DNA of 64,000 nucleotides from Isurus oxyrinchus (lineage: Eukaryota): the NCBI GenBank assembly GCA_026770705.1, contig JANJGN010000038.1, positions 4,712,001 to 4,776,000 on the forward strand. The letters are read 5' to 3'. Shown piece by piece: positions 24,557-36,000 of this stretch; position 1 is the stretch's first letter; every line of letters begins with the position of its first letter. The notes beneath the pieces are model-generated. The model did no database searches, had not been told where the DNA came from, and saw nothing but the letters and a program-made list of their open reading frames with translations. A program made the position numbers and the translations under genes.

Positions 24557-25489
24557 AAGGAAAATAGGAATGAGGTGAAATATGAACTGGTTGAAGGGGT
24601 AGGGACAGGTAGAGCTGGATAGAGGGCCAGTGATTGGTGGAGGCAAAGAAGAGATTGCCAAAGATGTCATAGGCAAAAGGACAAATGAATGTTAACGGTG
24701 GTGATGTTAGCAAAGGAACATGCTAATGGTGCTATTAAGGGTAGAAAGCAGGACGAGCAAGTGACAGATAGCCTCCGTGGGACTGTGGTGGGGGAAAGGG
24801 ATCGAAATAGGCTAAAAGGTGGAGGTAAAACAATGAGTGGAAATTAAATTAAAAATATTAGAAATTGGTGGAAAAAGAAAAACATATTAAAAAATATTTT
24901 TTTAAATTATAAAGTATTGCAAATATTGGGCTATACGCAGACACCCATCTCTCCGGAAGCATGACTCAGACCTCCTGGTCACTTGCCATTTCAACTCACC
25001 ACCCTGCTTTCATGCCCACATGTCCGTCCTTGGCCTGCTGCAATGTTCTGGGAAGGTCAACGCAAACTGGTGGAACAGCACCTCATCTTCTGATTAGGCA
25101 CTTTACCGACTTCCAGACTTAACATTGATTTCAACAACTTCAGATCATCAATTTTCTCCTCCATCCCCACCCCCTTTCCGATCCCCTATTTCCAAAAATT
25201 TACAATTTTTAAAATATGATTTTTTAAAAATATTTTCCTTTTCCCACCTATTTCAATTATTTTTAAATTTATTTCCATTCATATTTTTCTTCACCTTTTA
25301 GCCTATTTCGGTCTCTTCCCCCCACCGCAACCCCATCACATTTCCACCATCAACACCCCTTTATCCTTTACTCGTTGACATCATTGGAAATCTCTTCTTT
25401 GCCGCCACCTATCATGGGCCCTCTATCCAGCTCTACCTATCCCAACCCCCTCAACCAGCTTATATTTCACCTCATTTCTATTTTTCCTC

Positions 25490-25528
25490 AGTTCTGATGA
25501 AGAGTCATCCGGACTCATAACATTAACT
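25490..25528 (+). ncRNA. Minimal hammerhead ribozyme motif, core mutated
   Basis: AGTT-CTGATGA-A-GAGTC-atccg-GACTC-ATAAC-ATT-AACT; stems I and II perfect but GAAA changed to ATAA. Confidence 0.55.
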
Positions 25529-26949
25529 CTATTCCCCTCCGCAGATGCTGAGTTTTTGCAGCTATTCTTATTTTTGTTTCAGATTTGCAGCATCCACAGT
25601 ATTTTGCTTTTATGGACGTAAACAAACTCTTTGACACAGGCATTAATAAGTGAACATAAACATCAACGCATAAACAGGCACACTGATACACAAACATTTA
25701 CAAATGAACAAACATACACAGGTCCGCCACACATAAATAAGCATATCAACATTCATTCCACATCAACACACACATCAGCATTCATACAACATGGCACACA
25801 AACACAGTTAAATGCAGAGCACGAGACACCCCTGCACGCAATACGCAAATATATATTTAAAAAAAAAACAAATGCCAGACGGAAGTCTATTTCAAGTGTC
25901 CTTTTTTAGCGGGCACATCCTCCAAAAATTTCTGGGAGCACATAAAGACCCAGGAAACACACTGAAGCAATGTTCTGAATTATAAACTGATTTCAGTTAA
26001 CTATGTGCCAAACATTACTACCACAAATAAATAAACAAGTTGAAAATTTACAGAGTTCAGAATCTCAGAATTAATAGCGATCAGTACCTACCATTAAAAT
26101 AATTGTTATCAATTATTAAACGTCCTGCAATTTACTGCATAATATAATCCAATGATAGGCCGCACGAAATTGATCCAAAATGAACTGGTACCGAAGGGGG
26201 AAAAGACACTTTTTTCCAATACGGGCAGGATGAGGAAAGTAAAGTGAGAACAGCTGTGGGGTTAGTGACAGGCAGAGATTGCTGAGAGTCGCCAATTTAT
26301 TACCAGATATGCACTGAAAATTTAATGAGAAGACAAATCAATAGTTTGAGGGAAATACAATAGATTTAATATATATTTTAAAAAGTAAGATGCCCTCGGA
26401 TTCTAACAATGTAATTAAATTTCCTCGGTTATATTCTTGTAGATTCCACAGAACGCATGTGGATTGAAGACAATGAGTACGATAACGGGAACGTCTGCAC
26501 AACAGCTTCCATATCCATTGCCCTGTTCGTCCTGAGCATTTTCTACAGAACTGCCGTCACTTTGGTGAATGTGAGAAAATTGCATTTACTAACACGACAA
26601 TCTGACAGAAGCGGTTTGAAAACTTTCTTAATGTTTCAACGATTAAGATCTATAACATAAATGCACCAGATCATAAACATCTGCTTCATTATATTCTCCC
26701 TCTTTTACAGATCAAGTAATCGGTTGAATTTCGGACCCCGTAGCTTTTCCTTTAATTCCAATTTAAAATATGTTCTCTTGGTCACTGTAAAAGTGAAATG
26801 TTCTCACTTTGTAATTCCCGACCTGTAACCGAACCTGCCACAGAATTTCTGTTTTTCTGTATGAAATGTGCGAGGTGTTCATGGTCGTAATGAAATTGGA
26901 GCATCTAATTTCCATGGACTTAGAATGCCATTTGTCATTAATTAACTTT

Positions 26950-27960
26950 TCTGGTTCCATTTTCACTATTGTTCCCTTCCCTTTCCGTTGAGCCGCTGTT
27001 TTCTCTTTCTGACCTATGTTTCTGTGGTACATACGGTTTACCAACTCAGAGTGCATGTTCCCAATGTGACGCTCAGGCATTATATTCACGTCTGTTAACC
27101 ATAACATAAACTTTCATGTAAAATATTCTTTGAAATTGCTAATGAATGTGGAATGAAAAGTGAACTAACTATGGCTTTGCTGAATTCCTTTTTCTGCGGT
27201 CCATCGACACTGCTCCATTTTCCCTATTACACATTTCTCCCTATTTCACTAGTCCTGTCTGGGATCTATTTGCCCAGAAGGCCCCAATGGGCCACGCATC
27301 GCCCCTTCCGTGCAAAGGGACCTTTACCTCTGCCTGTTTCTGGCAATTGCCTGAGGCGGAATGATTGAACAGGGAGGGCCACCTCGGTGATTTGACTCAT
27401 ACTCTGGGCGGTCACAGTCACATGTCAGGTAATTTTATACAGTAGCGTTCGACTTCATCAGAGGCTGACGCATGACAGGATGTTGGATCAGAAATCTTCC
27501 TTTACACTGCCCTAGCCAACACTCCCACGGTTGGTACAGCCAGGGTCATAACAGGGTTAAGATCCCTCTGCATTGTCCAATTAAACACTTTGAAGGCAGG
27601 GGTGCCGCTGGCTAGATATATAACACAGGCATAATTGGGAGCATTAACCAAGGGGCGATTCCAGAGACTCGAACGTGTCTGGCACTGATATATGATCGAG
27701 TGAAAATCCTGTAAATTATTACAGAGCTTTAGGTCTATTGCACATACCAGGGGGACAAAACCGTGAAAATGCGAAAAGACGGGGTTCCACGTGATGCAGC
27801 AAGTAAACATAAACATGGGGCTTGTTCCTTGATCCTGGGGCCTATCGAATACTGAGACACTGGCTTCGAAGTATTTCTTAAATACATAAACAGGCATTAC
27901 TCGCACCCCACCAAACCAACGACTTTCTGTTAAGAATATATACGGTCCACATTCCGGTAA
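26950..27960 (+). pseudogene. Duplicated promoter + decayed exon (copy 1), possibly MCL1/Bcl-2-family-like
   Basis: Aligns with 38670-39900; TATATAA at 27617-27623; SWGLSNTETL vs TWGLSNTQTL with mostly third-position differences; possible donor cg|gtaaat at 27956/27957. Confidence 0.4.
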
Positions 27961-28178
27961 ATACACACTGACTGTCCACTTCCAACTTTTCTTTTAAATC
28001 CATTAGCCCTGTCATTCTCCCTTTTCCTTCGATTGTGAACTGTTTCCCTGATCAGCTCATTCCTACTGATACCATCTCCCTGTTCTCACTGAGCATAACC
28101 CCAGGGATCCTCTCTGCCTGCTCCAATCCTTCTGATACAATCTCCCTGAACTAAATGAACATCACCCCACGGTTTCGT

Positions 28179-28363
28179 AAACACAGAAAATGCTGCAAAA
28201 CCTCAGCAGGCGGACAGCACCTGTGGAAGAAGGAATAGAGTTGACGTTTCGAGTCCGTCTGATGAAACGTGAAAGCTTTGTTTCTGTCTCCACAGATGCT
28301 GTCAGACCTGCAGAGTTTTCTGTGTTTCTTTCAGATTTCAAGCATCTGCAGTTTTATTCTTTT
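28179..28363. mobile_element. Short palindromic Penelope-derived element with diverged 18-bp TSD
   Basis: acagaaaatgctgcaaaacctcagcagg..cagca...gatgctgtcagacctgcagagttttc; flanks atcaccccacggtttcgt (28161-28178) / atcaccctcgggttttgt (28364-28381). Confidence 0.8.
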
Positions 28364-28664
28364 ATCACCCTCGGGTTTTGTTCCTTCTGCTTCATTGTTT
28401 TTTCAGTGGTTCCTTCAGCGCCTCCCAATCATGGGAATATCAGGAGAAGTTCTCTCCACGACATTTCAACATTTTCTCTAAAATCCCAGAGTTCACGAGC
28501 GAGGTTCCTTGTTGTTGAATGTAGGAAGAGTGAGGCAGGGAAAAATTACCGACGCGTCTTAAAGACTCGGAATGCTGTTTGTTAATCGGTGAAGTTACTG
28601 TTAAACCCTTTATCTCTCCCAATCTGACTCCCATCTTCTTCCACACTACCGTTCAGGACATTTC

Positions 28665-28906
28665 AAACAACAACAGAAAATGCAATAAAAGCTCAGCAGG
28701 TCTGACAGCATCTGCGAAGGAAAAGACAGAGTTAATATTTCGAGTCCGTATGACTCTTCTTCAGAGTCTTCTTCTCTGAAGAAAAGTCATACGGATTTGA
28801 AACGTTAATTCTGCCTTTCTGTCCACAGATGCTGTTAGACGTGCTGCGTTTTTCCAGCATTTTCTGTCTGTGTTCCAGATTTCCTGCATCCGCAGTATTT
28901 TGCTTT
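28665..28906. mobile_element. Short palindromic Penelope-derived element, 18-bp TSD, with back-to-back hammerhead motifs (28729-28766 minus, 28776-28810 plus)
   Basis: TSD taccgttcagga(c/t)at(t/c)tc at 28647-28664 and 28907-28924; CTGAAGA-A-stem-GAAA on both strands. Confidence 0.87.
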
Positions 28907-29339
28907 TACCGTTCAGGATATCTCTCCACTGTTAGCTGCATTTATTTTTAGCCACCACCGTTGTGCTCCTGTGTTTCTCTGTCCTTTCCCAGTCTCGGAA
29001 ACACTCAATGGACGCACGGCCCCAATAAGATGCCAAGAACTCACTCCCACGGGCCCACAGTCCTCAGTCAGGAGTCACAGGTGGAACAAACTTTCCCGCT
29101 GAGTGGGGGCTGTGGACGGCTCGCTGCTGAATCAGTGCGGGAAATTATCAATTACGGTCGATATATGTTACGGTTCAATGAGTGTTGAAATTGAGTGGCT
29201 ATTTTAATGAGAACGGAAGTCATCTTTTAATTCAATTAAAACACTTTTTAATAAACAGCAGGCACGAGCAGGGTATGACTTCACAATAACATGGCCTTCG
29301 TCGATTGGTCCTGCAGCGAATGATGTCACAATTTTTCCA

Positions 29340-29972
29340 ACATGTCACTGCACCGTGATTGGTTCTTGTTCCATTAAAGTTGGCTGTGCATGAGTTCATT
29401 ATTCTTACTCTGGATATTCCAATATGCTTTTCGACCGTCACTCTGCACCTTATGAGACAATGATCGCTGTCTCCTTGATATTCCCCGCAGACACTTGATC
29501 TACCTGTCTAACCTCATTTGCAAGAGCCAGGTCTAGCAGTGCCTCCTTTCTTGTTGTACCGGATACATACTGCTATACAACATTCTCCTGAACACAATCG
29601 AGGAGCTCTTGCCCTTCTCTGTCCTTTATACTGTGAGTATCCCAGTCTATATTCCGGTAATTAAAGTGCCCTATTATTAGTATTCTTTCATCATTGCACC
29701 TCTGTGTTTACCCTGCAGAATTGTTCCATTACATCCTTCCTACTGGCAGACGGACGGCAGACAACACCTAGCACTTAATGGCACATTTTTCCCCCGTAGA
29801 TCTCGCCAAATTGATTCTGTCCTTCAACCTTCTTGGACATCCTCTTTCTGCAGCACTGCAATGCTCTCCTTAAACAATACCGTCACCCCCGTCCTTTTCT
29901 TCCTGCACAATCTTTACTGCATACCTTTTACAGAGAAATATTTAGCATCCAGTCCTGCACTTCCTTGATCCT
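29340..29972 (-). mobile_element. CR1 LINE endonuclease (APE) region remnant
   Basis: Minus strand: RTESIW, IIGHFNYRNIDWD, LLDCVQEN, TRKEALLDLALANE, DSDH. Confidence 0.8.
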
Positions 29973-30403
29973 GTTGAAAACGGAAGTCTATGAAACGAAA
30001 AGCCAGAGGCAGCGTTGCCGAATTTATGAGAGAATTGCAGTAAGGTGATGCAGTGCATAATTTCCAAAGCAGTAAGTGTACAATTATCTTGAGGCTGCTT
30101 TAAAAACTCGCGTTGCAACTTATAACATTAGACAAGCATGTGAACGTCGAATATCACATGACAATCCTGCAGCCTGTGTCACATTTCCTGTCCTGTTTGA
30201 AAATTCTTGCATCGGGGCATTTTCTACCACAGCGTACATTCACTTGTGCAGCACTCATTAGTGTTTAAAGGGCTTTTCAAGTATATGAAAGTGTTAGAAA
30301 AATTTGAAAATTTTTAAAGTCTGTAGAAGTGTTTTAAATCATAACAAAACACCCATCTGCCTTTGGCCTGAAAAGGGACCGCAGGGAACTTGTATCAGGC
30401 TCG

Positions 30404-30421
30404 TGACGTCAGGAGGGGCGG
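30404..30421 (+). promoter_or_regulatory. CRE palindrome (TGACGTCA, 30404-30411) followed by GC box, ~450 bp upstream of GPCR exon 1
   Basis: tgacgtcaggaggggcgg seen directly; may belong to a GC-rich repeat. Confidence 0.3.
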
Positions 30422-30794
30422 CCGTCGTCAGAAGTCACCCCGATGCTACATTTCACAGATCATTTTGTCCATGGGCCATGCATCAGCCAAAGGCTTAAAT
30501 TCTGGCGGCAGCCAGTGAACCAGTCAAATTGGGATTCTCCAGAGCAATCAGGACCAAAGGCCTCTCATTCACCCCTGACCACAAAATCCAGGTCGGTATC
30601 TTTTTTATGAGAAAATAAATTGTGATCATGCTGCAATCTCTGGGTGTCAACTCCATTGAAAAAAAACTTTTTATTCTCCTAAAACATAAACGTCAGTCCT
30701 GAAGCAGCTGGGCTGAACTGTTATTATTTAAAATTAATGTATTTAATGCAAGAGATCAAACCACCTAATTAACTCCCTGGCACTTCACATCAGT

Positions 30795-30800
30795 TATAAA
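30795..30800 (+). promoter_or_regulatory. Candidate TATA box of the GPCR gene starting at 30852
   Basis: TATAAA ~50 bp upstream of the ATG. Confidence 0.45.
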
Positions 30801-30851
30801 TGTGACAATCTTTCAGTGATGTGCAGGAGGCGTTCAGAACATTTGTTGAAA

Positions 30852-30921
30852 ATGCACGGATCACCGAAAGACCTTCTGTCTGCCATTTATTATCCAGTCC
30901 TTGCAGCTCTCGGGGTTCCAG
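30852..30921 (+). pseudogene. GPR139-like GPCR (single nonsense codon), exon 1
   Basis: MHGSPKDLLSAIYYPVLAALGVP + G|gtaaag; 70 nt, same length as exon 1 at 48535-48604. Confidence 0.92.
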
Positions 30922-31019
30922 GTAAAGTATTGTAATTAGTATTTTGATACGGAAATCGGTTGTCTGCAGGAATTCTACCTTTTAAAAGCATTGTATATCC
31001 ATAACGTTATACCCATTCT

Positions 31020-31480
31020 CCCATTCCGCCCTTTATCTGTGCAATTCTCCCCATTAATGGAGCAATTTCCCTCTTTTAACAAGTATATTTTCCCCCTCTA
31101 AAAGAACATTTTCCCCACTTTATAGGTATAATGTCTGAATTTTGACAATTTTATTTGTTCCCTTTGCCTAAAATTCTCGTCGCTAATGGCTTAATAATAT
31201 GCTGTTAAAGGTGCAATTCTTCGCTGTTAATGGCATAATATTACCTTGTTAAAAACAAAATTTCACAATTTAAGTGCTATCATATTACCCTGCTAAGTGT
31301 GCAATTTCTCGCTTTTAATCGTAAAATATTACCCTGTTCAGGGTGAAATTTCTCGCTGTTAGCGGTATAATATCACCCTTATAAGGGTGTAAATTTTCAT
31401 TGTAAGTGGTATTATATTACCGTCTTCAACGGTGTTTTGCACCATTTAGTACTGTTGTATTTTCACACTGTTATCACAGT
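31020..31480 (+). repeat. Intronic degenerate 22-bp array with 44-bp higher-order dimer
   Basis: gtgcaatttctcgcttttaatc / gtaaaatattaccctgttcagg / gtgaaatttctcgctgttagcg / gtataatatcacccttataagg. Confidence 0.8.
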
Positions 31481-31684
31481 GCAATTGCCGTTCCAGTTTG
31501 TTACTGGCATTGTTGGTGAAGGAGAATTATCACATTGTAATCACGGTGCAAGTGTAATTGTCTTCTGTTACTGCAGGTGTATTATAACAGTGACATTACA
31601 GTCTAAATGTTTTTCCATTGTGTTTCCGGTATCGTTACTGAAGGTGAATTATCACATTGTAATCACGGTGTGAATGTGATCACC

Positions 31685-31885
31685 TTCTGTTACTGACAGT
31701 CTAACTGTGGTTGAGTGATCACACTTTAATCACAGTATGAATGTGTTCGTGTTCTGTTACTGACAGTCGAACTGTGGTTATGTTGTCACACTTTAAACAC
31801 ACTGTGAAATGGATCATCTTCTGTTACTGACAGTCTAACTGTGGATGAGCTATCACACTGTTTTCACGGTGCAAATGTAAATCTG
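31685..31885 (+). repeat. Three 67-bp tandem repeats (looser copies from ~31495)
   Basis: ttctgttactgacagtc at 31685, 31752 and 31819. Confidence 0.88.
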
Positions 31886-32224
31886 TTGTGCTGTTCACAA
31901 TGACAATAATCGAACAATTCCCACGAATGTTTCATTGATAGAGGGCAATGTAACATTCAATATTCCCCCAATGAATTTGATGGAAGGTCATCATGAGCAC
32001 CCAGTTTTTGACAGATGTATAAACAATGTAATAGTAGACTTTTGATGAATATTCTATGTTAGCACCACAATCACAGAGGTGTGTTTCTGCTCTCAGTCTC
32101 CAACACTAATTGGTTCATGAGCTGCTGCTGACGCTTCGACTTGACCACTGTTGATGCCAGAATTTCCTTCAGCTGATATCACCGGGCAATGCCCCACATT
32201 TTCCTGTCTCGGCTGTTTGTTCAC

Positions 32225-32640
32225 ATTGAGTGAGGCTGCCTACTTGGTCCTTCGCATCTGAGGCACAATACTTTGATTTCAAATATCCACTACAGGACAA
32301 CTTTGATAGTTGATCCTGACAGTGCAATGCAGTCCGGAGTCAGTGCTGCATTGCAAGAGGGACCTCACTCGGAAGGAGACTTCGGCTTCCGCCATTTCCA
32401 AAGGTTCAGATCGACACTGATCTTCCAGTTGACTATATGTGAGGAGCAAGGATGTTTCTTCACATGCAGGCAAACGCCCTGTCTGGAAGATCAGAAATCA
32501 TTCATTGCCCCTTTACTCCTCGCTGTATGTGGATATTTTTGAGCAAGTTTAATTCCCAAAGTTCCCAACAACGAAAAATTTACAATAATTATTGCCAATT
32601 AGTATATAGGAAAGGAACTATATTGATCTTCAGTGAGATA
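32225..32640 (+). mobile_element. Old Deu-domain-type SINE remnant
   Basis: cagtgcaatgcagtccggagtcagtgctgcattg, gaggagcaaggatgtt, ctcgctgtatgtgga resemble the shark DeuSINE core; other copies ~53370-53650 and ~63330-63660 (minus). Confidence 0.55.
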
Positions 32641-33074
32641 TAATCCGCGCCCTTATTCGTTTCCACACATCTTGTTGCTTGTTTTGTTATTTACCTTCGT
32701 CATTATTTCCTGCAATGCCTTGCAGATGCGTACAATTTCTTCTTGCTTATGCAAAAATTCTATGTTGGTTTCTCTGTTTTAACGATGCCTTTTGTTCTCC
32801 ATTAGTTTTTATTAAACTATTTGACATTCGTATAACTTTGACCTTCCCTATATTGAACTAAGATTTCAATTTTCAAAGCTGAATCATTTGCCCATTGCAA
32901 TTGCACAACTGGGGACCATGTCTGAAAGGTACAAATTCATGCAGAATCCTATACAATTGTTGATTTGTTTATAGTTTGAGCAGTAACCTTCCTCTGTTCG
33001 TTCTCTCCCAAACTCACACACATAAACTCAGTCTCTTTCCACCTTCTCTCTTTCTCTCTCTCTCTTTATTGCAG

Positions 33075-33985
33075 CTAATCTGGCGGTGATTGTGATCCTT
33101 TCTCGAGTGAAATGCGGTATCTCCACCTGTATAACCTATTATTTACAATCCCTGGCGGTGACAGATCTCCTGCTCATTATAACCGCTGTGATATTGAACC
33201 GGATTACTGGTATTTATTTCCCACTCAGTTTCCTGTCAATCACACCAGTATGCAGTCTCTGTGAAGCCCTAATATATTCAGCCATAGACAGCTCTGCCTG
33301 GTTAACTACAGCTTTCACCTTTGATCGATTTGTGGCCATTTGTTGCCAGAAGCTGAAAGTAAAATGTTGTTCCAAAAAAACGGCGGCACGGGTTATAGGG
33401 ACAATCTGCGCAATCAGCTGTGTCAGAAACACCTTCCAGTATTTTATATACGAATCTTTGTACATAATTGACAATGTGCCCTGGTTCTGCGATGTAAAAG
33501 TGATATTTTATACCTCACTTGCATGGATCGCCTATGACTGCATTCATCACATTTTAACCCCTTGTCTCCCATTCATTCTGATTTTACTGCTCAATGTCCT
33601 GACAGTCAGACACATTCTCGCAGCCAGTAGAGCTCGCAGGAGACTCCAGACCCGGAGAAATGGAGACAATCAGCGTGACCCTGAGATGGAGAAGCGGACA
33701 ATGTCCATCATTTTACTCTTCTGTGTATCGGGAAATTTCATCCTCTTATATTTGTTAATTTTTATAACTTTCCTCTATGTGCAAATTGGAAATGTTAAAT
33801 AATTTTCAAGCTCTGAAATCAATCTTTCAATATTCATTCTTGAGGAAAAAGCATACATGCTTCAGTTTTTGAGTTCCTGCGTCAACCCGTTTATTTATGC
33901 AGGGACCCAGAGTAAATTCAGAGAGGAGTTAAAGAATGGGGTGAAATATCCACTACTTGAAATTGTTAAATTATTTGGACGATAA
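33075..33985 (+). pseudogene. GPR139-like GPCR, exon 2, with a single premature TAA at 33800-33802 (loss of TM7/helix 8)
   Basis: Acceptor tctctttattgcag; AFTFDRFVAICCQKLK; frame continues after the TAA with LSSCVNPFIYAGTQSKFREELKNGVKYP...FGR*; 911 nt, collinear with 46378-47288. Confidence 0.93.
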
Positions 33986-35049
33986 GGACAGCAAAATCCA
34001 ACTTCAACTGTACACAAGATTCCATCCTTTCCCCTTCTTGTCGATGCCACGCATTGTTTTCCATTCTAGTTCACAGTCACTCAGTTTGAAAATAAGACTG
34101 TTAAAGGGGCAATACATCCGAGGACAATTAAGTGTCAGTATCTGTTCTCTGGTAGTTAAATGTTCTCTTGCCCATATTTTCTGTGGTCTGTCTTATTCCC
34201 ATCAGAATCCATGGTCCCTGGAGTCCTCGTAGTATCTCTACGTTCATGTGGACGGCAAAGTATCGTATATCTGATTTGTTAGCACATTCCAAGATGATAA
34301 AGCAACTACAATCTCCCTGCGTCCCGCCCCAGTAATGATTCTGATCTTGATGGTTGGATACGCTTCGAAATGGATGCACATACTATCCTCAGGAATTGTT
34401 CTCCACTGACCAAGCACCGCTTTACAGCAGACACCTGAGCCCCTAAATATACAAACAGCGGACTGTGGGATTGTGATGGCAAAACACCATCAATTCATCT
34501 TCTGCACTTTCCGTTGGCCAATTGGGAAGAGTCCCATCTCTAAAGGGGCCCCAAAAATGACCAACAAAATCATTTTTTAAAAAGTTATAAAACTGCATAA
34601 GGACATTATCTTCATTTATCATTTATAAATCTTCAGCTGATTTCGTTTCCTGCTGTCCTGTTAGCCACGTTGATAAAGGTAGAAGGGATTTTTTTATTCG
34701 TTCAATCGCTAAATGCTCTTGTTCAGAGAGCATTTAAGAGTCACGTAGAGGCCAGACAGCAGATGCTCGTTCCTGCAGGAAATAATTAAACCAAATGGGC
34801 TTTTACAGCAATTAGCAATGGTTTCATGATCATCATCAGACGCTTAATTAAAGAATTTTATTGAATTCAAATTGCTCAACCTTCCACGGTGGGATGTGAA
34901 CTTAGGTCCCAAAGAATTAGATTGGGCCTTATGCAATGTTAACCTGGTCATAATACTGCTACACCACCACCTCCCATCAGTAGTTAGCTGGTCCTAATTT
35001 ATCTTAACAGTTATTCGACAAATGGGCAGACGTGATCAACAAAAATGTC

Positions 35050-36000
35050 AGTGGATAGCTTCAATATTTGGGGCGCGAACTTACTTGCAGCAGTGGTACC
35101 GAGGTTTAGCTGTGGTTTGCTGAGGCACCTTCTACCATGACCCAGAATTCCATTTGTGAAAGAGGCCTGTGGGAGTATCCCCCGTATTTGCCTGGAAGAG
35201 GTGAATCGATGTTACACTGAAGTCACACATCCTGACGACTGAGGTGATGGCAGTATACCAAATGTCGACTGGAAAATGCATTAATACATCATTCGGCAAA
35301 CAGAAACTCTAGTTCTGCAAAACTGACACTCCACCAGTGTTTCACGATGGGCTTGGCACCTTAATATCATGGAATTTAATTTGGAGGAGTTCTCCTCTCA
35401 CAAACTATTTGGTGTTATTAAGGCTTGTTTTTGGAGGCCTTGTGGTTGGTTTCTGGATTTCCCAGATGACTGTTCTGCAGCATGTAAGGAGAGGCAGCAG
35501 ATCTGATGATGTGTCCACGGAAAGGTTGTAGCGGGGCCAGCGGTTGCGATGCCTCTGGACCAGCAACGTTGCAGCTGAAATGCAGTGTCGGCTATGAAGA
35601 GGTGAAGCTCTGCCAAATGCAATCTGTTGAATTGGAGCCAGACTCTTTAATGCTCCTTGACAGCGGCAGGAGTTGCCATTGCATTGTATGAACCAATATT
35701 AACAAACTCACTCGATCTTCTCGCAATACTCAATAGATCCATTTATCAATGATCTGGTGGGCAGGATTTTGGGGTGTGCATAGCGTGAAACGCAATCGAG
35801 TTTAGTTGACACTTAATGGACTCCAGAGAATAACAGGATGTTGGTGCTGCAGTGTTGCTTTGTAATGCAGTAGGGGCCTACAACTCGGCAATTTGGGCTG
35901 ATTGGCGAGACGTTCCATTCGTTTTCATTTTGGGCGGATGCTGGATGACACTGACACTGCTCAGGAGCACATTCGTCTTTCGAAAGGCAGGTACAGAAAG
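35050..36000 (-). mobile_element. Very decayed non-LTR retrotransposon (RTE-X/I-group-like) remnant
   Basis: Weak minus-strand traces (QLNS...TP...WI); not confidently classifiable by eye. Confidence 0.3.

Larger units (their letters stand above)
24464..25613 (+). mobile_element. Truncated Penelope-like element with inverted pseudo-LTR arms and GIY-YIG C-terminus; 14-bp TSD
   Basis: 24988-25143 encodes HFNSPPCFHAHMSVLGLLQCS/EGQRKLVEQHLIF*LGTL..LNIDFNNF; ~24464-24900 is an inverted copy of ~25200-25590; TSD ggacg(g/t)aaacaaac at 24450-24463 and 25614-25627. Confidence 0.9.
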
